From positions 2,065,339 to 2,129,338 of the forward strand of contig MU061538.1 of assembly GCA_013265495.1 (NCBI GenBank): 64,000 nucleotides of DNA. Reading direction: 5' to 3'. The notes beneath the pieces were generated by a model. The model saw only the letters and a list, made by a program, of their open reading frames with translations, was not told the DNA's origin and searched no databases. Shown here in pieces: positions 24,624 to 35,700 of the stretch. Origin of the DNA: Vicugna vicugna. Its lineage: Eukaryota. Position 1 is the first letter of the stretch. Each line of letters starts with the position of its first letter. Both the position numbers and the translations under genes were made by a program.

Positions 24624-25218
24624 TGATACAGGAAAAAGTGGGTGCAAGAGGATGGCCGTGACCCAGACCTCGGCTGAGTCCCTGAGACATGCCCCATCAA
24701 GTGAGGGTCCTTGGCTTCGCGCAGGAAAGAATTCAACGGTGAACCACAGTTGAATAAAAGTGTATTTATTTAGAGAGATGTACACAGGCAGAGGGTGGGT
24801 GTGGTGGTTAAAGTAAAGGTAGATACACACTCCATAGACCACCTCAGAAGGCGAGAGATGGCCAGGCACAGGCACGGTGTGGCCAGTCTTTATATGCTAA
24901 CAAGTGGAGGATTATTCCAGTTTGGGGAAGGGGCGGGGATCCCCAGGACTGGGCCACCGCCCTCTCTCTGACCTTTCAGGGCCCAGGAGGGTGGGACATG
25001 TTGGCTTTGTAAGTGTCCTGGTGCCTGTCGGTGTCCAGGGGTAGGACACTACCATGTGTATAATGAAGCTCAAGGTCCACTGGAGGACCAGCCCCACCCC
25101 CCACCCCCACCTGTCTTGGCTCCAGGGGCTCCTGGGAGTTGCCTCTTCCGCAGTCTTGGTGCTAATTGCTGTGTTGTTCCATTAATGGTGGTGTCCTGCC
25201 CCCTTCCCTCCTGTCTCA
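24624..25218 (-). mobile_element. ERV1-class solo LTR (copy B), 4-bp TSD AAGC
   Basis: Minus strand reads TGAGACAGG...TTTCCTGTATCA, with TATAAAG at 24894-24888 and AATAAA at 24770-24765. aagc on both flanks (24620-24623 and 25219-25222). Confidence 0.85.
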
Positions 25219-25879
25219 AAGCGGAGTTGGGAAAGGGGAGCCGTTCAGCTCCCTAGTGTGATCGAATTCCAGTGATAGAGAAGTCCCGCCGTGCACTCCC
25301 ATGACTGGAGTGTCTCTGGGCCCTGGAGAGGGAGAGGGAGAGCTGTACGGCAGTAGGACAGGGGATTTGGCCCCAAACCTGGATGGAGCCTGGGGTCAGC
25401 CCCACCCCACCCCAGGGGAGAGCTCTGTTTTCTGGAGTCAGGTGCCCCAAGGGCCAGTTGCGGGGAGGAGTTTAACCAACCTCCCCAGCAGAAGAATCTT
25501 GACACTGGGCGGTGAAATTCTGCCTGCCTAGGGCTGATTTTAATCCAAACCAGCTATGGTTACGGAAGACCAGCAAGCTTTTCCTAGTAGGGCCTCTCAG
25601 TTTCCCTCCTAGTTTGCCACCCCACCCGTTCCTCCCTCCCTCCCTGGGAAAGAAAGTGGGTCCATACAAGAAATACTTCCAAATAATAGAAACCGAGAGT
25701 AATAAATTCTGCAGCAGATATTTACTGCCACTTCAGGTGCCTGTAGTGCAGAGTGGGCACCCCACCTTGGGAAGGTGTGGGCAGCTCACATTAGATGTCC
25801 ATATACCGTGCAGGGAAAGAAAGGGGTGTGTGTGTCGCCTTAGGAAGTTCAGGTGAAGCGGGTGAGTAAGCAGGCAGCC

Positions 25880-26175
25880 TCCCGCGCGCCTGGAGAAGTG
25901 ACGGTTGTAGGAGACAAACTGGCAGAGGTGTATGTCTCCCGTTCTAGGGGCCAGAAGTCCCCAGCCGGGGGAGGGGGGCAGGCGCCCCCGGGCCTCTCCT
26001 GCTTGGGGCTCCTTGGAGCTCCCCCTCTGTCTTCACTTCTCTGCCTTTCTTCCCCTTTTGACGAGGACACTGATCCTGTTGGATCAGGGCCCGCCCTTGT
26101 GACCTCCTCTCAACTTCGTTAAATCCTCAGACTTCCCTTTAAATAAGGGCACATTCTGAGGCGCTGGGAGTGGGC
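25880..26175 (-). mobile_element. MaLR LTR (MLT1-like) fragment
   Basis: ttctaggggccagaagtcc...gaggacactgatcctgttggatcagggcccgcccttgtgacctc...cacattctgaggcgctggg. Confidence 0.65.
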
Positions 26176-27170
26176 CTTCCTTCCCTGTTTTCTGTGGAGG
26201 GGACACAGGGTGAAGGACCACACCGTCCTGGGGAACAAGCCCACGAGGAAGAGCCTTTGGATTAAAAACAGGAGGCAACGCTGTTTGGAAAAAGGAAGCT
26301 TTCCCCACCTTTTCTTCCCCTTCTCGAGGAGCCCAGGCCCTCAGGGAGCAATCACCTGTGATGCTCTTAACTGACAACCAAAGACCAAGTTCAGCTGCTG
26401 GATTTAAAACTCTAGGCTAAGCTAAGAATTGGGTTCGGAGCACCTGAGTATTTGACACCCTCCCTACCCACCCATCCCTCTCCATCCGAAAATCCTTTAG
26501 AATCCCTGTCACGAAGGATTGGGGTTACTAAGATGAAACAGAGACAGTGTCCCCAGAGAACTTTGTGTCCCCGGAAGCAAACACTAGATCTCCTTGAGGA
26601 GCAGGTGGACTCTAACATCAGGGCTATGGTTTTCAACAACCAACCGAGCAAATGCAGGTACCTGTGTACGGATCTGAGGAAACACAGGTTCCTTATGAGA
26701 AGCCCTTGGGCAGAGCTTTCCCATGCGTGCGGACTTCTAAGAGGACTTTGAAGTCTGTTTCTAGTTCTTTAAGGTGTAATGTGCGGATGCTCTCTCCTCG
26801 GACACGGGAAACGCTGAGGTGACCTTTCAAGTGACCAGTTGGCATGTTGACTTTTTTCTGGAGGCCAGCTTCCAAGGCCAGGTGACAGAGCCTCAGGACT
26901 GGCCGACTGGTCGGTCACATGGGGGGCTCTCAGATGCCCCCGGCCAGGCTCACACACCTCTGGGGCCACAAGAACTGGGAGCCGGGAAGCAACACATTAG
27001 GAGCCATGCAGACGTGATTCGAAGGGTTCTGTCAAGCCCACTCTGCCCTCCTCACCTTGGAATGTTTCTCAGGGCTTATCTGTCCACGCGCCCCCGCCCT
27101 CCTTGCGTCTTGGCAGCTAACGCGAGTGATGCAAAATCGGGGAGCGATCGAGGCCCACTGTTCAGTTGGC

Positions 27171-27560
27171 CTGGGTGCCGGGCCCCCGGGCGCGAAGTGG
27201 GGAGTAGCAGGGGTCTGGGTGCCGGGCCCCCGGGCGCAAAGCGGGAGTAGCAGGGGCCTGAGTGCCGGGCCCCCGGGCGCGAGGTGGGAGTAGCCGGGGC
27301 CTGGGTGCTGGGCCCCTGGGTGTGAAGGGGGAGTAGCAGGGCTCTGGGTGCCGGGCCCCCGGGCGCGAGGAGGAAGTAGCAGGGCTCTGGGTGCCGGGCC
27401 CCTGGGCGCGAGGAGGGAGTAACAGGGGCCTGGGTGCCGGGCCCCTGGGCACGAGGGGGGAGTAGCAGGGGCCTGGGTGCTGGGCCCCCGGGTGTGAAGG
27501 GGGAGTAGCAGGGGTCTGGGTGCCGGGCCCCCGGGCGTGAAGGGGGAGTAGCAGGGTCTG
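27171..27560. repeat. GC-rich minisatellite, 9 copies of a ~43-bp unit
   Basis: Consensus ctgggtgccgggcccccgggcgcgaggggggagtagcaggggc. Units start at 27171, 27215, 27258, 27301, 27344, 27387, 27430, 27473 and 27516. Confidence 0.97.
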
Positions 27561-27940
27561 AAGGCAGTCAGATGGCAGATGCAGCTCCCTCTCACATGTC
27601 GGAGCGTCCTGCCTGGAAGAGACAAGTGTAGGGATGTAAATGCACACTGAGAAGGCCGAGCAAGCCAGGGGGCCACCCCAGGCCCTCGGGTCGCCCTGGG
27701 TTGGCGGCATTGCTGCCTGGGGATGGCTGGCAGATGCTGGTACCAGGGCAGGGAGGTTGAGGGCGTGAACGATTCTAACCCCGTGCCCGGGAAAGCAGCT
27801 CGCCTCACCGGGGACAGGGCCTTGCATCTGTGACACAGTAACCCAAGGGCAGTAAGACCCTCGTCTGGGGGCTGGTGAGGAAAGTAAAGCAGTGTTGTTG
27901 TTGGAAACTGCGCCCGCACTAAAACTTTACTATGATTCAC

Positions 27941-27958
27941 TCCTGGATTTCAGCACCA
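27941..27958 (-). mobile_element. Putative decayed retroviral primer-binding site (tRNA-Phe)
   Basis: Minus strand TGGTGCTGAAATCCAGGA vs tRNA-Phe PBS TGGTGCCGAAACCCGGGA gives 15/18, and all three differences are transitions. No 5' LTR was recognised next to it. Confidence 0.35.
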
Positions 27959-27978
27959 AAAAGAAAAAAGTGGGTGGC

Positions 27979-28080
27979 GGGGAGGCTATAGCTCACTGGT
28001 AGAGCACAGTCTAGGATGCAGGAGGTCCTGGGATTGATCCTCAGAACCTCCGTTAGAAAACAAACAACAACAACAAAAAA
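27979..28080 (+). mobile_element. Camelid tRNA-derived SINE
   Basis: ggggaggctatagctcactggtagagcac...gaggtcctgggattgatcc...acctccgttagaaaacaaacaac. Confidence 0.85.
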
Positions 28081-30387
28081 TCATCAAACTTTACTTGGAG
28101 GAGCCCTCCTCCCGGCTATTCTCAGAGCTCTCATTTTATGAGTGACCTTAACAACCTTAGTTTCACAGCAGGTTGGCGATCACGCATTGGGAGAGGCAGC
28201 AAATACGACAGTGGGCAGCCAGAGTGCCTGCTGCCTGTCAGGCGACAGGTGCTTGAGAACGTTTGTTGAATGATTGATGGATGGATGAGTGAGTGATTTA
28301 TCCCACATTCTTCCTCAGGCATTTGTGGACGAGGAGCTGGACCCTGAGGCTCGGGGAAGAGCAGGACGAAGACAGCCAGTCCTCCCCTCGGGGACTCACA
28401 GCTGAGGGCGGACCAGAGCACAGCATGGCTGGAACAGCCAGATGGGCCTTAGAGACTGGGTTGAGGTCTGAAGGATGAATGAGAAAAAACTATAATTTTA
28501 CATGGAAAACCTACCTGAGAGAAGACACAGGAAAAACATGAAGAGCTTGGTTCTCGTGAAGAAATTACTTTAGTGGATGTTAAACTTCATCTTCCTCGAC
28601 CGTCTCATGTTCCTGAACTGGAGAGTGTGCGTCACTGGAACAGCCAAGACCGTGGAGGACTTGTGAGACAGTGCCAGCGCCCTAGGAATACTCTGTGCAT
28701 GAAAAGTGCAGTGCAGAGCTGCTTGCCACCCCAGCTCTGTCTGCAGTCACAGACTGGGACTGGAACTCCCACCCCGAGGGCACCATCTAGCCCTTCCACT
28801 CCTTCCAGAGCCAGTGGCTTATGCCAGCACTTGGGTGTTACAAACGTTCAGGTAAGACACTCTTCAGGGGTGACTCTTAGGGAGAAAATCCACAGAGCAC
28901 TAGATTTGGGTCCTAGGACTTGGATGCAGGGTTAACACATCTTTCTTTGAATATTTTGGCTGCTTTAGGGATCAATATGAGGTCCTCCTCAAGGCTAATT
29001 TATTGCTTATCAGCCTGCCTCCTCTCTCAGGGCAGGCCTGAAGGTAGAGCAGTGGGTGGTGGGCCAGCTGCTTACTGCATAAGATAATGTGTTGGAGCTG
29101 AATTTTAATATCTTTATTAATATTTTACATTAATGCTTTCCAAAAATATATTCCTACTCTAAGACTGTATCTGCCAGTTACCTTGTTACAAAGAGATCAT
29201 CAGTAAATGAACACTGTTAGCAGAAGTTCTCTTTTAGAACATGAAGTAGCAGAGGCGAATTCAGATTTGTTCCCGCTCCCCTCCCCTCTTTTTACACCAA
29301 GGTAAAACGAGTATCTGTAATTCGAGGGTGGTGGCCCCTGGGCACCAGATGATTCAGTTATGTCTAATTCAAGTCTTCAGACTAACTGCCAGAGACACTC
29401 CTCAGATGAGATCTCAGGAGCCTCTGAGAACCGGCTAAGCACAGCGCCCTGGTCCATCCCGAGTCCCTGTTCCCTCAGCCTCGCTCACACCGCTGACGAG
29501 GCTGGACAGGGAGGTCCAGTGTGAATTACATGCCTTCCCTTTAGTGAAGTGGGGTAATCCAGACCAGGAAAAGTCCAGGGAGCTGTTTCACTCTCCAAAC
29601 TTACTCTGAAACACAGGCTTGGACTAGTTGGGCGTGGGCATTCCACGTGTTGGAGCCATGTAAATTGGATTAATCTCAGGCAAAATCAAGTCTGTGTGGT
29701 GAGGGCAGGGTACCAGCCCTGCATCTTCCGTACATAAGCAGGTTTGCGTCCCACGTAGGAGAAGCGTGTGGGCTTGGACTGTATTATAAAATGTACTAGG
29801 CAGAGTATAATCAGGCAGATTTCTCCACGATCAGTGCCATGGGCCCCGGGTGTCCTCCCTTTCCGCGGGCGCAGGGCTGCCTTCTGGGAAGTCTGTGCCA
29901 GGCCCAGCAAGTCAGCGGAGCAGGGGCCGCAGCTCAGGCCCAGCCCTGCCTCCTTCCCAGAGGGGTTTCTCTCTTAGGCTTCCCTGCCGAGCGCCTGCAG
30001 GAGGGCGGCTCCTGAGTACCTCTTCCCGGGAACCCTTCGCCTTCCCAGGTGCCCAGCCTCTTGGAAAGCCTCCCCAGGCCACTCCAGGTGCCACCCTGTG
30101 TGGTCCCTTCTCTAGAGAGAATGAAACAGCATGCACCCTGCCCTTTCTGGGCGGTGCCTTCAGCCTACTCCCTGGCTCGGCCCTGCGGGCCTGTTTCTGC
30201 CTGAGCCGTGATGAAAGCCCCACCCAGCGCCGGAGCGCGTCCTGCAGATCTGTGCAGAGACCGTGCAGGGAGGGCACCATGCAGGGTGGGGGGCACGACA
30301 CCTTCCAGAGTCAGCTGGGAGGGCTCTCCACCCAGCAGGCACCCAGGGACGCGCGCCTCAGCCAAGATGCTGCCCCTCTGACGTGCT

Positions 30388-30545
30388 GGCTGTTACTCGG
30401 GGTCCCCGGAGGTGGCGGCTGTTATTCGGGGTCCCCGGAGGTGGTGGCTGTTACTCGGGGTCCCCGGAGGTGGCGGCTGTTACTTGGGGTCCCTGGATGT
30501 GCCGCTTGTTACCAGGGTTTCTGGTGATGCCGGCTGTTACTTGGT
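30388..30545. repeat. Minisatellite, ~5.5 copies of a 29-bp unit
   Basis: ggctgttactcggggtccccggaggtggc. Units at 30388, 30417, 30446, 30475 and 30504 (degenerate), with a partial copy at 30532. Confidence 0.95.
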
Positions 30546-30899
30546 CAGGATGCTCCACCCTCTTCCTGGGCTGTTTGCTGGGAGGCTGGAGGGTCCTGCC
30601 CTCTGATGCCCCAACACACACACAGACCCTCCCCCCCAGAACAGGGAGAAGGGGCCCTTTCACTCTAAGACCAAGGAGAGCACTCCTGGGAGAGGGCAGA
30701 GCCAGGCCCTGAGGGGACTGGAGGAGGTTACACAGGGCTTCTACCTGTCACTTTAAACTGTAAGAAAAAAATATTTTCCCCAAGAAATGGTTGTACTGAA
30801 ACAGTAAATTTTGAAGAGCTATAAAATATTCTTCCATTCCAAATTCAAACATCCTACACAGAGAATCCTCAACCCTTTTAAAGAAAAGCCTTTAAATAC

Positions 30900-32741
30900 A
30901 ATGGTTGGTTTTGAAACTTTAATAAAAGTAAAAAAAAGAATGCAAAAGAACACAATGCTGAAAACTTAGTATGAATGTGAATTTCACTAGATGTTCAAAT
31001 CTGGTATAGTGCAAATTTTTTGTACTATTTTACATTTTACAAACTCAAATCACTTTGGCTCATATACTTGCTATGAAGTATCAGCAACAAAGTTTCTTCA
31101 GATCCGTATCTTTTGGCTACATTGTTTCCAACAGATATAAATTTATTTCCAGTTTAAGAGAAAAAAAATACTCATCCGTGCACGATCAAGTATATTTGAT
31201 TCAATTACTGCTTTTATCTAATAACTTCTGGTTGTTCATAAAATGCTGACATGTTCACTGAAAAATCTTTTCGCATAGCTGATCATTCATTTTGGTTTTC
31301 AGAAAATGTATAAGGGATCACTGCAAAGTTTGGAATGATCCCACTTTCTTTTAAACAAAATTCCTCTAGGACAGATTAGCTACAGCAACCTAAAGTTTAC
31401 TCCAGGATATTTTCCTCCAAACAAAAACCAAACCACAACCAGGACCACCATCATGTGAGTGGAGCCGCGGCCACCGCTCACAGCCACGGCGCCCGGCCCG
31501 CTGACTGCCGACTGCTGCTGTAAAGGAGTCTTTCATCAAGCCACTTTCACAGAATTTGAAACAACCAAAAACATTTGAATTGCAAAATACAAAAAGGTAA
31601 ATTTGTAAGTAAAAATGACACGTTTACTAAACCCACAGAACTGGAGTATTTCAAAGGACCAGAGCTCAGTGGAGGGCAAACAACAAAGTAACTTCGCGGC
31701 CGAGAGAAATTATTGCTGGATTTGCCTCCATGCAGCACTGAAATGGAGAACCCTCCTTACCATCTTATACGTTAAAAAAAAATAAATATTTAAGAGAATA
31801 CAAGGCTCAGATTGGTTTTCATATACATTGCACTTGAAGTTGAAGACCCAGTACTTGCAAGCTGGGTCTAACATGGTCTATGCCATTAAATGAATACATT
31901 GTGCTCACACGTCTTTGCGTATTTAGAAACACCAAATGTTTAATGCAGTGACATATGCACTCTTCTTTCTACAAGGCAATCACAGATTGCAAATCCTATA
32001 GGGCTGTGGGAAAAAATCGTCACCTCTGTCCCAAAGCATCAAAGGAACAACAGACGGTCCTGGCTCCTAAGACTGAGACACACGGCAGACAGTGGTTTCC
32101 TCCTGGACGACTGGGGCTTCTGGGTGGACCGCAAACGGAGGTGGAAAGTCCAGGACGTCACAGTGCAGGACGAGGACCCCTCACGGCCCAGCCGCAGTCA
32201 GATTGTCTGCACGAAACCCTGGGGGGACCGGGAGGCCCGTCCTGCACCGTGACGTGCACAGCCGCGGGAGCCCAGCCTCCCTACACTGACCCCCTGCCAC
32301 CTCTTTTTTCACACAACCCTATTTTTAAAAATCTTTTGGATCAGTAATATTCCTATAGTACCACTCTTCGTCTCTGTAAGCACCATCGAGCTACCCCCGG
32401 GGCACCGGTACGAAACCAGAGCTGGTAGTTAGGCTTCAGTTCGAGGCCCTGAAGTATGGCAACTTGTTTTAATAACGAATGAAACCGAATCCTGGGGACC
32501 CTGTGGCCGGCGGCCCAGCTCTGGCACCTCCGGGGCCGCCGGCATGGCAGTGCCTCACCGCGAGCGGTCCCTCCTCCCGCCCTGCTGTTCCAGAAGAGAT
32601 GCCACCTTCTCTAGGGTCGCCTGCACAGTCAGCCTAGTCCACATACATCATTGAGGAAAAAAGGGAACCTTTGTCACAATCTAGTCTCACAGGTTTTCTT
32701 CCCAAATCTTGCGATTCTTCAGGATCAGTGGCTTTGAAGAC
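30900..32741 (-). other. INSIG1: INSIG1 3'UTR (distal end approximate)
   Basis: AT-rich sequence after the stop codon. Minus-strand poly(A) hexamers: ATTAAA 31944-31939, AATAAA 31147-31142 and ATTAAA 30923-30918. Confidence 0.75.
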
Positions 32742-32771
32742 TCAATCACTGTGTGGCTTTTCAGGAACACC
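32742..32771 (-). CDS. INSIG1: INSIG1 last coding exon (GVPEKPHSD*)
   Basis: Acceptor ...tttcgcacatAG|GGT GTT CCT GAA AAG CCA CAC AGT GAT TGA, identical to the recalled human C-terminus GVPEKPHSD. Confidence 0.97.
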   Translation of the reverse strand, partial: GVPEKPHSD

Positions 32772-35700
32772 CTATGTGCGAAAAGAGAAAAACAGCAAGA
32801 GAAAATTAACACTAACTGTAAACACATTCTAACTAGCAAGAAAGTGGACCCAAAAAAGTGAACGGTGAAAAATTCCCTTGAATGGGATAAGATGACGTAG
32901 ACAAGAAATGCAGAACAGCAAACACAATCCGACAACCCCAGTGGGATGTCCTCCCCGGCCCAGGCCGGAGCCACCTGTCCACTGAGAGCAGTGAGGCGGG
33001 CGGGGCGCAACCCCCAAGCCGAGTGGCAGCCTGGGGCTACTGAGAGCACAGGCTAGCCCATCTGCTCACTCTGCAGCCAAAGGAGCACCGTCTCTTCTGT
33101 AAGTCGGTTTGTCTGGGGAAAGGGAGGTGTTTGCCACAGACCAAATGAACACCTGGTTTCTGCCATAACTCACCCTACCAGCAGTCTAGTGAGACAGACA
33201 TCTGAAGCAGATCTCGCTCCAGAATGCTTTCACCGACAGAGCTTCACAGCTCAGAATGCGAGTCCACACTCGCTTCTCACCTGACCTGCACCTGTTACTG
33301 CCCTCCAGGCCCTGCCCAGTCGATCCCCAGAGGACAGCGGTTCACTGATGGAGGGGCAGGCCCAAGATCAGATGGCTCTCCTGAGGCCACAGAGCAGCGG
33401 AGGGCAGATGCACCTCAGGGGGAACCTTTTCTCCTGACGCAGTCTTTCCTCTTGCTTCTCGAGGAGGTGGAGGAGCCCTGGTCTACAGACCAGCCACGCT
33501 GCGAGCTGGGGGCTGGTTCCTGCCCTGGGGCGCTCGGACTCTGAGGAACTGACAAGCTGACTCCAGGAGAGCTGCCCGAGAGCAGCACCCACACAGCATC
33601 TGCTTCCAGGACGGAGGGCAGAGAAGGCCATGTGGTCCCGAGACCCGAGGTTCCAGTCCCGCTCTGCAACCATGCAGCGGGCGGGGCAGCCTCCCAGACC
33701 TGCCATTTCTCCACCTCCAAACTGCTGTTACAGGATGAAATCAGCTGGCAATGAAATGTTTAGCACAACACCTCGGGTGTAGCCAGTGCAGCCCTCAAAA
33801 CCGATAATGTTACTACTACCTTTAGCTGCTGAATCTCACACAGAAACAGCAAATTCAGCTCCACCTGCCCGGGAAGCAGGGCTGTAACCTGGCGTCCCGG
33901 GGCCTGGGCTCCAGGAAGCAGGGCCACACTCCTCGCTGGGGCAGCTGGAAGCCTTACTTTTTCTGACAAAAGGCTTGAAGCTACAAAGTGCAACGAATAC
34001 AGATTCTGTAAAATGATGTTAAGACTCAGACTGACAGCAAATACTGCACAGGAAAAGCTACTCAAACCACCTAAGGCCAACTTGTAGGTCTGGGGCCTGG
34101 CTACCTTGAAGTAATTACATTTCCCTTTGAGGGCAGGAACCATAGTCATGTGACCAGAGGAGCATGAGGGAGCCTGACGCAGCGGCATGTGGCGGGGTGG
34201 GGGGCGCGTCACCAGGTAGACCAGGAGCCTCACACCCCACTGGGCTCGGCCAGCTTTGGTCAGTGTTGACCAGTGCCCACCCCGGTCTCCTCACCTTCAG
34301 ACCTTCATCTCCTCTGGTCTGTCACCTCCCATCACAGAAGCCCTACTTGGTGAAGATGCCAGTTTTAAACCAAGAATTCATTCTTAAACGCTGCCCCTAA
34401 TACACCAGGCCAGTTGCACTTTCCGTGTGAGGGCCACAGGGAGGGCTACACTGGGAGCAAAGGCCTGCGTGGGCACAGCCCGAGGACACCGAGCCACTGA
34501 CTGGGTTTTTAGGGTGGAAATAATTTTCAAATTCCGAACAAAGAGTAGAGCTCACTTTATAAGCTGTTAATTTTTTTCATTTCTTTGAAAGATGAAAATA
34601 AGGACTTGGCTGAAGCACCCCAACTCCTTTAAAAAGATAATGTTTAACTTGCTCTTTTTAAAGACTTTCTCGGACAAGAAAGATGCTTTGTCATAGCCCA
34701 AACTTTCAAGACTCCACAAAACTGTGGTAAGAGGATGAGCATTTCTAAGGTTAAAAGTTCCGGGTCACAAATACAAAAACGTGCAGGGCACACTCCACAA
34801 TTTGCTAGATTCTCTACAGTGCTTTCAGGAGAGATTCGATCACAGACACTTTGAGGGATGGAAGAAGAAACAAAAAGGCAGACACCAGGCTGGACAGAGG
34901 GAGTTTTCCCCAATTTTAAACAATAAAAACGATGAAAAAGCTTAAGGAGAATTACAGCTATACCAACTATCTGTTTGAAGTGATATTTAAAAACTTTCAA
35001 CCATCTTTTCAAAAAACAAAAATGTCTGCAAGGGATAGAAGGATGGCTGACGAAACTCCCTCCCCGCAGAGTCACCGTCAAAGGAGTGACCACACCGCTC
35101 TCCTGAGTCTCCTTCCCCCCTCCAGGTGTGGGGAGCTTGTGCGTGACATGAAGCTTCCACCTCTATCAAAAAGATGTGCATTTACTGAAGCTGGCTCAGA
35201 GCCCTGCATCGTAAACGTCTAACAGTGCAGCCCAGCCGTCCTCCCAAAGGTCTAACAACCAACTGGCTGAATGTCGTCTGTTTTAAGTCTGTGAAGAGTC
35301 ACGTGCTTGGAGACAGTTCACCCCTGAAGCCTGACTAGAAGCCTTCCACTGAGCAGCACTGAAACACAAACCTCAGACCAACACGGTCCCTGCACTGGCT
35401 CGTCCTACCCTGAACCAGCGCGGTGGGCGCCAGGAGAGGAGCCGGCGCCTGGAGGGGCCGCTCACGTGCCCCGAGGCCGCGTGACCACAGTGTTTGCGGA
35501 AAAAGGGCCAAGTCCTCTGACTCATCGGGGACGCGAGAAACAAGCTTTCTCAGTGGAGTCTTGTTTTGGCGGCAGATCGTCAAGGACTACAGAGGGAGGG
35601 AGGGAGGGAAGGACGATCCACACCCACGAGCCCAGGCAAACCACTACGAATTCCGCCCTCTGAACAGTTTCTGTTTCTGTGAACGGCCTAGGAGCCTCAG

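Noticed and set aside
27171-27560. Minisatellites (also 30388-30545) as CRISPR-like arrays
   Set aside because: The units abut directly with no unique spacers, no cas genes are present, and the DNA is mammalian.
27032-27940. 302-aa and 224-aa minus-strand Pro/Gly/Ala-rich ORFs
   Set aside because: They cross the 43-bp minisatellite, whose minus strand has no stop codon in any frame. The translation rotates through all three frames and resembles no known protein.
24624-27958. LTR B as the 3' LTR of a provirus starting at the PBS-like site
   Set aside because: LTR B has matching AAGC TSDs on both sides and no polypurine tract upstream on its strand, so it is a solo LTR. No gag/pol/env remnant was recognised in between.
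33945-33980. 23-nt micro-exon candidate in the last INSIG1 intron (TTTGTAG|CTTCAAGCC...AAAAA|GTAAGG)
   Set aside because: It is very short with a modest pyrimidine tract and only superficial peptide similarity to the recalled human cassette exon. It cannot be supported without junction reads.
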